Of a stretch of 64,000 nucleotides of DNA, positions 1-10,891 are shown piece by piece. Under the pieces are notes generated by a model that made no database searches, had not been told where the DNA came from, and worked only from the letters and a program-made list of their open reading frames with translations. The first letter of the stretch is position 1; each line of letters starts with the position of its first letter. The stretch is taken from positions 3,285-67,284 of the forward strand of contig NIVC01003969.1 in assembly GCA_002269645.1 (NCBI GenBank), in the 5' to 3' direction. The position numbers and the translations under genes were made by a program. This DNA is from Macrostomum lignano. Taxonomy: Eukaryota.

Positions 1-2862
1 GCTCAGCCTATAGCTTTAGTGCATTATTGTTTTTCTGTCTATGTGACTTAAGCTCGCTCAACTTTCGTTTTGTTGCTGTTTAGTTAGTCTATGGCAGTAT
101 ACTCTTTCTTTCGCAGAGCTCCTCTCGGTTTCAGCCCTTCTCCCCCTCAAGACCCCGCCCAGAACTATGCGTTCAAGATTCCTGATTATACCATCAAATA
201 TAAACGATAACCTTGCACCGCTCGTCATCTTAATCTCGACACACATCAATTTTTGTGCTAAATATCGTGTTTTGTAGTCTTAATCGAAAAAAAGGCCTAT
301 AATGGCCTTCTGAAGGGAGATTTTTGCTCAAAAAATTATTTCTTGCAACTGTTTTGATGAAAATGAAGGCCTTGGCTCCAAATCATTTTGCAGCAACTTC
401 TCTCCAAACTTCACCTTTCTATTGTTATTCGGTTTGTACACACAAAGGGTGGAAAATTTGTGTCATATTTTATCAAATTAATTGTTATACCTTCGAGAGA
501 ATCGAACTCCCGACCTTTCGTATTTAAAAATGCGCGTTGATTCACCCTCTTCCCAATAGCAGTGGAGGCGCAACAAAAAACAGGAAATTCTTTAAAGCTG
601 TTTAGGAGTTCGTAAATGAAAAAAATAAATTGGTACCGTACATGTTAAGGCAAAGAAAGGCAAAGAAACTGTAAAAAAATCAATAACAAATTGAATATCT
701 GCTGTACAAAATTGAATCGCACCAATAAGTGTGAATTAAATGTCTCAGAAAGAGGAATCCAACCGGATTAAGATGTCAAGCAAAATAAATTATTACGGGT
801 GTAGTAGTGCTTAGATAATGAAGATAATTAAATAGATAATGCAGATGCAGAGAGATGGTAAATTTTATAGTAAGCCAGAATGAAACATTAACATTAAACA
901 GCGTTGTATATTAAACAGCTACAGCCCACCATGAACATCCAACTTGGTGGTAGAGGGGCGAGTGTCCATTTAAGGGTGTTGCCTCCACGCGCTTGCCTCT
1001 TATTTAGGGTCATCAAACTCTGTTACTTTTTGAAAGCGCCATGAAATTAACCGTCAAATTAAACGTCTGCTGTGCAAAACCACGAAAAACTTGTAACAAG
1101 CTATGTGTTCTCAAATAGTTCAGAATCATTTATTAGGTGGATGTGTGAACAAGCCTGTAAATAGTAAACTGTAATACTTGCAATTATTTACATATTTACA
1201 ATCCCATTTAAAGTCGAATGGTTGTGTCCTACTTAAAATGTTACGTATACTAGTTTTAGTAGTAAAATAGCTCTTTATTATTCTTTATTCTCTCTTTATT
1301 ACTCTTTACTCTTTACTCTTTATTATTATTCTTTTTTTATTATAATCACATAGACATAGAGACAAGTTTTTGTTTCTAAAAAGTACATGCCACAGTGGAA
1401 TAGCTCTGATAAATTTCTGAGTTAAGAACCGTTAAACGTACTTGTGAGATATTTTTAGTAGAACGTTTTGCTTTGCCTTTGCTTTTTCAAATAGTTAAAT
1501 TTGAAAATAATAACTTTAATTAATTAAATTTTATTGGAAAATCAATAATAAAATAACAGTTGCTAACGCTAATCAGTTCAAGTTAGCTTAACCGCCGTTT
1601 TCTATCGGTGAGAGAAATATTTATTTCCTAAAGTATTATGTAAATATGAAGTTCTTTTTAACTTACATAATAGTTACACATTAGTAACATATTAGCTATT
1701 CAAAAGGTAAAGCAGTGAAGCACCATTCCAATTAGAGTAGCATGCTAAGGACAGCAACTTAAATTAAGCTGAACAAAAAGATAAGTTAAAAATCTGCATA
1801 GTTTCCACCACGCTAAAGATATCTTCAAAAAGAAAAACTATTGTTTCAAAAATGTAATTTTTAAGTATATTTGAAAATTATGATTTTGGTGTCTGTTTGC
1901 ATATTTAACCTGTTGAGCGATAAAAATATGTATTATTTGTTATAACGCGTTATAATTTTAAATTAATATCTTTTTCGCAGAATCGCTGGTTGAGACTTAC
2001 GAGACTGGCATCTTGCTTGCTGTACTTGCGTGGCTAAAGGGGCTTGCCCTAACTCTAAGCTGAGGTGGATAAGAACTGACGTAAATTCATATGTCTTTCG
2101 TGATTGAAGGATTCAAAACCATATACATTTGGGATTGGGACTCAAGTTTTTACTGGCTGGGGATTTGGTATTCATATATTTTAAGTTAGCCTATCAAATA
2201 TTTTAACTTACTCTTTTTTAACTTGCCAGGCACTTAGGAGGTTTCCATCTGTATTTTGTATCCAAACTGATAAGTGACACTAAGTAACACTAAGTACTAA
2301 AAGTAAAACTAAGTCTGAGGTATCTATCTATAAGGCATTATATGAAGCAATGTCCAAGTAAGGTTTACTTAATCAAATATTTAATCAAATTTAATCAAAT
2401 CACATTTAACAATTTAATTAAGTCCCTAACAATGCAATATACGTTGTCCTAACCTAATCTTAACCTAAGTAGGCTTAAGTAGTCAATTTTATGTTTATGT
2501 TAGTTTTTTATTTTATAATAAATCCTTAAAAAAGAAGTATTATGGCCTAGGACAAGGTCCTTAAAATATTAAGTCATAAAAAATAGAAAATAGTCAAAAT
2601 CTAGTTAAGTTAGATTAGAATTTGTTACAAAAATCCTTTAAACTCTAATTTGCATAGGCCTAGGCCTATGATATGGTAAATATTGATGCGACACAGACAA
2701 TTTATTTTAGTTTGAATGATAATGCAGCAAACTGATCTATTTGCTAAGTAAAAATTCACAACAAAGAAAGGCTAGATTTAGTTATATAAATACAAAATGG
2801 TATAAAATGATATTTGAGTTATCAATAAAAGTTAAAATAGAAAGTATGTTATGTATGCAAGA

Positions 2863-3143
2863 GGGCCATAGCCTAGCAGTCTAGCATAAGCTCTAGTATT
2901 CCAGTAACCCAGGCTTGATTCCAAGTGCAATCACATTAATTTGGGACTGAATTGGAATCTTGGCTTGGCTCTACTCTTGCAATTAATGGCCTTGAAAGCC
3001 AACCCTCCCCCTAAGGCGCAATGAAATATATATGCCTAACAATAAAATAAAGTTAGGGCCACTATACATCCCTATATGAGTGAGTACCTATGTACATATC
3101 CATGCACTTGTATGCTTGCTCAGGGGAGTTGGTGGAATGGGAA
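2863..3143 (+). mobile_element. tRNA-derived SINE, 5' part (3' part resumes at about 5394-5460 after the Crypton)
   Basis: Head GGGCCATAGCCTAGCAG (A-box-like). Body CTGAATTGGAATCTTGGCTTGGCTCT...GCCAACCC...TAAGGCGCAATGAAA...TAAAGTTAGGG is shared with the copies at 16996-17220 and 50098-50330. Confidence 0.6.
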
Positions 3144-5393
3144 GCAATGGAGGGTTCATCGGAAGTCAGAGTTAAAGGCAATGGCCTAATTGACACTTGC
3201 GGCTACCGCCACTCTGCGGCTACCACGGCTTGTGTCAAAGGCCATTGCCTTAAACTCTGACTTCCGATGAACCCTCCATTGCTTAAAATTTCAAAACTCT
3301 TACGTAATCTATGCACTTTATGGACACTATCTTGAATTCTTATCAGTCGATGCTTCTAAGGGGATTTGAGATAGGCCTAAGGTTACCTCCACCTTGCCTA
3401 TGTCTCACCTTTAAGTCGCGCACCTGAAGTCACCCACCCCTTACTCTGCACCCACCCCTAAATTAATTACAAATATAAATATTTGCATGTCTAGAGGTCA
3501 AATCTCAGATAGAGAAAAGCGGACGGCTGCAGAGATGGAGGCACCACTCATTAATTGGAAGCATTTGCCCTGCAGTGAGCTGGGCAACGTGACTAAGGAC
3601 AAATTGAATTTTGTTTCGGAGGCTTCTTACAATGACAGAAGGGACAATGAGTTCGCTAGATTTCTCGAATTCATTCAAAAGGAGCCCGAGCCCAATGAGC
3701 ATCTGCCGCTCCTGCAGGAAGGTGGCGTAGATATCAGCGCCATGGACATCGCCGAGATTGACAGCCTACCAGCAGACAGCAGGAAGCAGATGATCAGCCA
3801 TGGACAGCGGTTCAAGACATTCCTCACAGAGGAAAATCTTCAGCGCAATTTACAAACCATTCCGAATTCGGTGCTCAACCAATACATTCGCTACTTCTAC
3901 TTTAAACTGAAGAAGATTGACGGCAAACCTTACTTGCCCGCATCGCTGGTGTGCATCAGGGCTGGACTGCAGCACTATTTGTGGATGATTGAGAAGCTAA
4001 CCGTTGACATCATCAATGGAGAAGACTTTTCTTCTGCAAATAGCATGCTGCGTGTGAAGGTTCGAGACTTTCACCAGAGTGGTGGGAGGACGCAGCAGTT
4101 TGAGCCAATCGAGGAGGGGGACATGAGGAAGCTGATGATCTACTTCCAAGGCAGCACAGCTGAAGTTGAGCAGGACAAATTCTTATTCTACATCATATAC
4201 AGCTTTGGCGAGCGAGGCCAGGAGCACCTCAAGTTCTTGAAGGATAGAAGCTCACTTCAATTGCACGTCGACTCTGATGGAAAGCCGTTCTACTGTCTGC
4301 CTCCGTTGCCCTCGAAAAATAAGTCAGCAGATCCAGAGAAGGCCAAGAAGCAGCCGGACAACAAGCAGGCCAGAATTTACGACGTGGAAAAGGTGGAGAA
4401 ATACCTCAAGCTGCTTCCAGTTACAACGAAAGACAACAATCTGTTTCCTCGTCCTTTGGCCAGCCGCAACGATGGAGGCCCTGTTTTCTCCTCGAAGCAG
4501 AACCGTGGAGAGAATTATCTGAGTGGCTTCATGAGAAAATTGAGTATGAAGGCGGGACTTGCGAAGACCTACACAAATCATTGCATTCGGTAAGACTGAT
4601 AAATTAATAATAGTAACTTTAATTATGTTATGATACATGTTATGTTACCAATTACTCATGAATCCAACTATATAAATTTGCACTCTAAAACAGGGTCACG
4701 CGAATATGCGATCTCGAGGCGGCAGGGCACAGCATGAGCAATATAATGAGCATTACTGGACAGCTGAGCGAGCGAACGACTAGGAGGTACCTAGCCAAGC
4801 GTCGCAACCAGTCGCTTCAAAAGACGAGTGAGTCTGTTCAGGTGGCATTGAATCGTCATGATCTAGAGCAAGAAGCTGGGCCACCCGAACATGCTGATGC
4901 TGTTGAGATCGTCGGTGAGACTGCAGTATCAACGGAGGTTAGTGTTAGCACTGAAGCTGCCTATTCTGTTGGTACGAAGTTTGCCTTCAACAATTGCACC
5001 TTTCACGGATGTTCCTTTAATTAGGCATGCAATCTTTACTTCTACAGGAATCAGCAAATTGTACTCGTAGAATTACTGAAAGAATAAGAATGACAGTCTA
5101 GTTTAATATTTTTTATTTAGTGACTTTAACGACCAGTATGATGTTCATCACCGACAAAAGTTTACATGATACACTGACACTGTGCTTTTTGTACTGTCGA
5201 TTTTGCAATTCCTGTGCCAGTTTAATTATTTACATCTTAAAATAAACATTTTGAATTGACTGATGCAAAATATGCTTTGCAAGATGCTGGATAAAAACTG
5301 GCTTGAATTAATTGGTTGCATTGGAATTGGAATTCTAGGCAATGGCCGGCCATTGCCATGGGTCATTGCCATGAGGAGAAATTTTGGGCAATG
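3144..5393 (+). mobile_element. Crypton-type tyrosine-recombinase DNA transposon, about 2.25 kb, inserted into a SINE
   Basis: Contains the YR gene. The 6-bp direct repeat GCAATG occurs at 3144-3149 and 5388-5393. Sequence left (GGAATGGGAA) and right (CCTCTTGTCAGTTGT...TTAAAGTGCGCCAGGG) of it joins into the SINE body seen intact at 17150-17220 and 50098-50160. Confidence 0.75.
3487..5024 (+). CDS. Crypton tyrosine recombinase (DUF3504/KCTD1-ZMYM-like), join(3487..4589,4694..5024), 477 aa
   Basis: Motifs YLPASLVCIRAGLQHYL, FGERGQE (catalytic R), YTNHCIR (HxxR) and, after a 104-bp GT..AG intron, VTRICDLEAAGHSMSNIMSITGQLSERTTRRY (catalytic Y). The C-terminus is FAFNNCTF. The splice keeps frame (CG|G). 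Confidence 0.88.
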
Positions 5394-7311
5394 CCTCTTG
5401 TCAGTTGTATGTTATGTCATTTAAAGTGCGCCAGGGTGCATATAACCCCCTTGCCTCTAATAAAAAATGTTATGTATAGGCATTGATATACACATGAATA
5501 GGGTGCACGCTTAGCATGGTAAGCAGCCCACAAAGTGAGTCAAGGTTTAATAGCTAGGCAGTCAATAGTGAGCAATAACCCCCCAACACTTCAAATATAA
5601 TAAAATTTATTGAGTTATTTATAGAGTTAAGACTTTATATAAATTTAATTTAGTTAGATTAAGAACAAGTCAATGAAAAATTGTGTCAAATTTCAAGTCA
5701 ATTGCATCATATGGAGCAAACTTTAATAGCAAAAAGTTATTTAATTTTAAAACCTATTTATACTAAGGCTAGATAAAAAAGAAAAGGAAATAAAAGTTAG
5801 GGTAATTGTCTTGCTAAAAAAAGTAGGCTAGCTTTAAAAGTGCATATCACCATTTAGGAATCACTTTTAGATTCAAAATTTTATATAATTGCATTGAAAT
5901 AGTTAAGATTGGTTTTTTCAAATTTCAAACTGATAAGTAAAAGTGGAGCAACACTGAAAGATAAAAGAAAAATCTAAATATACTTTTTAGTAGGCCTAGT
6001 CTTAAGTAGGAAGACTTGAATTTAGGAAATTTTAATGGTACATAGCCTTTTGAAGACATTTTCTATAGGCTAGGCCTAATGTTTTTAAAAATAGGTACAA
6101 AATTTGGTATCATTTGGTTGAGTGGTTCAGAAATCCATAGCAAATAGATTTGTACATAAGCTTAAAGTTTATAAGTATATAAAATCTATATCTATATATT
6201 TTTTCTAAAATCTATATATAGATTTCCTAATTTTTCTATATATACATATACAATGGAAAAAATGGTAATTTTTTTACAATGGAACAATGTACAATGGAAC
6301 AACCTAATGTATGTTGAAGAATAGTAAGACCTTGGCTATATGGCAAGAAATCCTAAAAGTGTATATGTTGCCTTCCAAACTATGGCAATTATAATTGTCT
6401 TAATAAGCCTAAATGTCCCATCATCTAATATTAGTACTATATCTATATACTAATAGACATTTTCTCAACTTACTATTGGTCTACTATAAATTACAATGGC
6501 TGGATTGGCTAGGTTGGCCAAAAGTATGCATGTATATTCCTATATTTGATTTCTTTTGTCCTGTGACTTAAATATATTTTTCCAAAATGTACAAAGTGCC
6601 AACATGCTTTTTACAAATATAATATGCCAAAATCTATGAAAATAGGAATTGGCTCCAATTGGGATTAATTTACTTGTTATATAACATTGAATATATTGTT
6701 TACTTTAATATTCATATAAGGTTTATTATATAATACAATGTTCTTTGACTATATAACTTTTTTCTGTTTTTTGGGTAAGTAAATGGTAAACAAAGTGGTA
6801 AACAAAGTAAACAAATGGTAAAACATGGTATTTTCATTCCAAACAAAGTTGCATGGCCAATTTAATTTTAAACTTTATATGAAATATATATATAAGCTAC
6901 TTTACTATCATAACTAAAATAACTTTGGTAGCTTATATGACATGCTCAATACATTTAAATCTAGGAAGAGTAATAAGGAATAAGTAATTGGAATTATTTG
7001 AAAAGTTTAAGTATTATTCATATTTTCTTTTGCCTAATAAAACTTAATATATTTTCTGTTTATTTAGTACTTAATAGGTTACGTAAAATGAAAATAATAC
7101 CCATTATGAAGAATGAAATAAATTCTTGTTAGAAACAAGAATTCTTTCTCAAAAGGAATAGATATATTGCAGTTAAAACTTAATTTAGTTTATAATTCAA
7201 AAAAATTATATTGTTTCAATTAATCCAGTTGTTACTGCTGAGGTTTATAATTTTTGGACATTTTAAAAAGTTATTAATCAAGCTGCTAATCGATATTTTG
7301 CTGTGTCCAGA

Positions 7312-9606
7312 ATGGCATCCAATGGTACAAATGACAGCTCCAGTGCCAGCCCTGCTGGTCATCTGTCCATGGACGAGCGATTGGAAATCTTTCTCGAAGC
7401 AAATCTTGTTGCTTCTCTAATCGATAATGTTGCAGACAGCTGCACCAGTGCGGACTGCAATACTAATGCTGTTGATAATTTGCTGTTAGACCCTCTGGCT
7501 AGCAGAGATTGCGCCAACAATCGGGTTGTCAGGAATCGGGTGAGCTTTGCCAACAAGCAGCCGCAACAACAGAAGCATCGCAGGAGAGGCACCTACGAAC
7601 TCAACGACAGTCAGGTGAATTCGCCACCTCCCAGTTGGCTTCTAGATAAACCGGAACAAGACCTGAATCGAACATTCTGTTTAGTTGAATCCAACGATCA
7701 GGATAAGAAATCTCCGATTGTCAGTTCTGAGAACAAAGACTTGCTGTCGCCGCTGAACTCCTTGCCGATTCCAGCAACTCGCCAGTCGGCTTCCAGTCGG
7801 TCGTCCTACGCCACGGCGAGATCTTCGCTGTCTCCTCCGCCTATGTCGCGTCTAGTTGAAGTTGAAATCGATGATGAGTCCAGGTGCGAGAATGAGGATG
7901 ATGCGGTCAGCTCCGATGTGGGCACAATGTCTCCGCCTTTGCCGCCGCCGCCGCAGGAGCTTCTGGATAATGAAGAGATTGCAATATCCGAATTTGACGA
8001 TGCGGACAGAACCCTGGTGCCGCAGCAGCGGTCGCAATCGATAATTGCTTCTCCTGCTTTGCCATTGCCGTCGCGTTTATCGAATCTTGATGCCACATTT
8101 TTGCGATCGCCAGCGCAACAGCATTCAGTCTTGAAAATGGCAGTTGAAGACTCAGATTGTCCACTTGAACAGTCCTTAGCTCAGTCTGAAGTCTTGGCAA
8201 CAGAACCTGATGGACCTGAACTTGGCCATACAGTTTCTGGGAATTTTCCTGAAGTTTTGAGAACTAAGCCTGAAGTCTCATCAGATGAGCCTGAAGACTC
8301 AACAGCCAAGTCTGAAGTCTCATCAGGTGAGCCTGAAGTCTCAACAGCCAAGCCTGAAGAATCAACAACCAAGCCTGAAGAATCAACAACCAAGCCTGAA
8401 GAATCAACAACCAAGCCTGAACTCTCAGCAGATAAGCCTGAAGTCTTAACCGCTGAGCTTGATGACTCAACAGCCAAGCCTGAAGTCTCATCAACTAAGC
8501 CTGAAAATTCAACAGCCAAGCTTGAAGTCTCATCAGCTAAGCCTGAAATCTCACCAGCTAAGCCTGAAGTGTCATCAGCTAAGCCTGAAGATTCAACAGC
8601 CAAGCTTGAAGTCTCATCAGCTAAGCCCGAAATCTCATCAGCTAAGCCTGAAGTCTCATCAGCTAAGCCTGAAGATTCAACAGCCAAGCTTGAAGTCTCA
8701 TCAGCTAAGCCTGAAATCTCATCAGCTAAGCCTGAAGTCTCATCAGCTAAGCCTGAAGACTCACCAGCTAAGCCTGAGGATTCAACAGTTAGGCCTGAAG
8801 AGTCAATAGCAAAGCCTGAAGTGTCGCAAGAAGAATATGAAGTATTGACGACTAACTCTCAGCCGGATTGTTTTGAAACAGAGCTTGAAGACCAACAAAT
8901 CGAGACTAGTTCCTTGAAAGCAGAGCCCGAAGCCACAGTTGCCCAACGCGAGGTACTTAAAGTCGTGTCCGAAAACCCACCGGTTGAGATCGAACAGCCC
9001 GAAGAGTCTAAAAAAGCCCATAATGAGGGCTTAAGATCAGAGCCTGAAAAATCATCCGTTAAGCAAGCATATTCGGAAACCAAGTTTGTAGACTCAGCGT
9101 CTCGGCTTCATCAACCAGCTACTCAACTTCATCAACCAGCTTCTCAGCTTTATAAACCGGCTTCCCAGCTGCATCAGCCGGCTTCGCAACTTCATCAACG
9201 AGTTTCTCAGCTTCATCAGCCAGCTTCTCAGCTTCATCAGCCAGCTTCTCAGCTTCATCAACGAGTTTCCCAGCTTCAGCAGCCAGCTTCTCAGCTTCAT
9301 CAGCCAGCGTCTCAACGATCGATGCTTCCTCCTCGTAGTCAAACGCTTCCCCAGCCTCGCCAGTCGGTGCTTTCCCAGCCTCCTCGCCTGTCGATGCCTC
9401 CGCCTCATCAGTCGGCTCTTTCCCAGCCGCAGCCGCAGTCCCGGCTTCGAGGTTCAGTCGTCAATCTTCGTCCTCCAGTCGCTCCGGCAGCCGCAGCTGC
9501 GGAACCAAAGAGTCGCTTGAGTCGCCTGCCCTGCCCATCAGCCACAGGCGGCGCGGCGCGACCTTCTGGACTTCGTCGACCTTCCGTTATGCCTCAGAAT
9601 CGCTGA
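7312..9606 (+). CDS. Single-exon intrinsically disordered protein (764 aa) with SSAKPE(V/I/D) and QPASQLH heptad repeats
   Basis: Open 2.3-kb GC-richer frame. The first ATG is 7312 (the ORF track starts at a GTG), directly after a CAG acceptor. Two in-frame 21-bp coding minisatellites (about 8260-8820 and 9100-9310). No domain recognised. Confidence 0.8.
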   Translation: MASNGTNDSSSASPAGHLSMDERLEIFLEANLVASLIDNVADSCTSADCNTNAVDNLLLDPLASRDCANNRVVRNRVSFANKQPQQQKHRRRGTYELNDSQVNSPPPSWLLDKPEQDLNRTFCLVESNDQDKKSPIVSSENKDLLSPLNSLPIPATRQSASSRSSYATARSSLSPPPMSRLVEVEIDDESRCENEDDAVSSDVGTMSPPLPPPPQELLDNEEIAISEFDDADRTLVPQQRSQSIIASPALPLPSRLSNLDATFLRSPAQQHSVLKMAVEDSDCPLEQSLAQSEVLATEPDGPELGHTVSGNFPEVLRTKPEVSSDEPEDSTAKSEVSSGEPEVSTAKPEESTTKPEESTTKPEESTTKPELSADKPEVLTAELDDSTAKPEVSSTKPENSTAKLEVSSAKPEISPAKPEVSSAKPEDSTAKLEVSSAKPEISSAKPEVSSAKPEDSTAKLEVSSAKPEISSAKPEVSSAKPEDSPAKPEDSTVRPEESIAKPEVSQEEYEVLTTNSQPDCFETELEDQQIETSSLKAEPEATVAQREVLKVVSENPPVEIEQPEESKKAHNEGLRSEPEKSSVKQAYSETKFVDSASRLHQPATQLHQPASQLYKPASQLHQPASQLHQRVSQLHQPASQLHQPASQLHQRVSQLQQPASQLHQPASQRSMLPPRSQTLPQPRQSVLSQPPRLSMPPPHQSALSQPQPQSRLRGSVVNLRPPVAPAAAAAEPKSRLSRLPCPSATGGAARPSGLRRPSVMPQNR

Positions 9607-10369
9607 CTAAAGTTTCCACTCAATGGTATCCAAGCAGCTCTAATTAGATGACGAGGCATTGGTGTATATTAAAGTGGCAATAGTTGCTCCCGCTGTTTAC
9701 CATTAAGCAAGTTTTTCTATAATATTAGGTATCCTAAGCCTATAACAAAAGTCCATTTGGCATTTAAGTTTAATTATTTTCTTGGTAAAATATTTATCAA
9801 CAATCTTAATTGCATTTTTGCCTGTATTTCGCAGTTTGCGCCTGTGTAAAGTGTTCAACCAAAATTGTTTATTTTTTAAAAATGAATTTTTATATTCCAA
9901 TTGATGTGTCACCTGTGTGCAATTTCAACTTGCATTCTACTGCAACTTGATTTGCAATCTGCCATAAATTTAATTATTGTCTTCTTGGATTTCTTGGAAA
10001 AGTTTTTGAAGGCTCATTTTATAGAATCTTCCATAATCGTAATCAATGGCTATGATAATTATGAGTAACGTAAAATTTCTAAAAGTTTTCCAAGAAATAA
10101 AGTTCCCAACCTCTTACTTTTAAGTGATCCTTGATAATGAACCTGTTATGGTTATGTACAATCTCACTGTATTGTCTCTATGCCTTTATTACCTTAATTT
10201 AAACCCAGTTTTTATATTATTAGCCTGCAGCTGGCAAGTTAAAAGTCAATAAACAAGTTGCACTGGTTTGAAGTTTTGTTAAACATTTTGCTTGTAGTTT
10301 CTTTTAATTTTGATAGTGTCAGTTTTAATTACAGATATTGTCATCTGAATAGTGGGTCTCTAATTATAA

Positions 10370-10760
10370 ATTATTATATCACCTGGTTAATGGGATATCT
10401 AATTATAGATTATTATCACCTGGTTAATGGGACCTCTGATTATTATCACCTGGATAAAGGGATCTCTAATTATAGATTATTATCACCTGGATAAAGGGAT
10501 CTCTAATTATAGATTATTATCACCTGGATAAAGGGATCTCTAATTATAGATTATTATCACCTGGATAAAGGGATCTCTAATTATAGATTATTATCACCTG
10601 GATTATGGGATATCTAATTATAGATTATTATCACTCGGATAATGGGATCTCTAATTATAGATTATTATCACCTGGATAAAGGGATCTCTAATTATAGATT
10701 ATTATCACCTGGATAAAGGGATCTCTAATTATAGATTATTATCACCTGGATAAAAGGATC
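10370..10760. repeat. 37-bp minisatellite (TCTCTAATTATAGATTATTATCACCTGGATAAAGGGA)n
   Basis: About 10 tandem copies, period 37 checked at 10441/10478. Followed by (TG)n at about 10797-10822. Confidence 0.95.
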
Positions 10761-10891
10761 TATAGAACCTCTAGAACCTGTTCAGTAGCAGACCCAGTGT
10801 GTGTGTGTGTGTGTGTGTGTGTGGGCAGGGCACTCGCACCTGTTTCTATCTATATCTGTATCTGTTTTATTGAATCATTTTCATCAGCAGC

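Noticed and set aside
58-527. Short ORFs at the window start
   Set aside because: AT-rich, no motifs or convincing splice structure.
3487-5024. The tyrosine recombinase as the integrase of the Polinton-like virus
   Set aside because: It lies about 51 kb away, has its own termini and an intron, and belongs to a separate Crypton.
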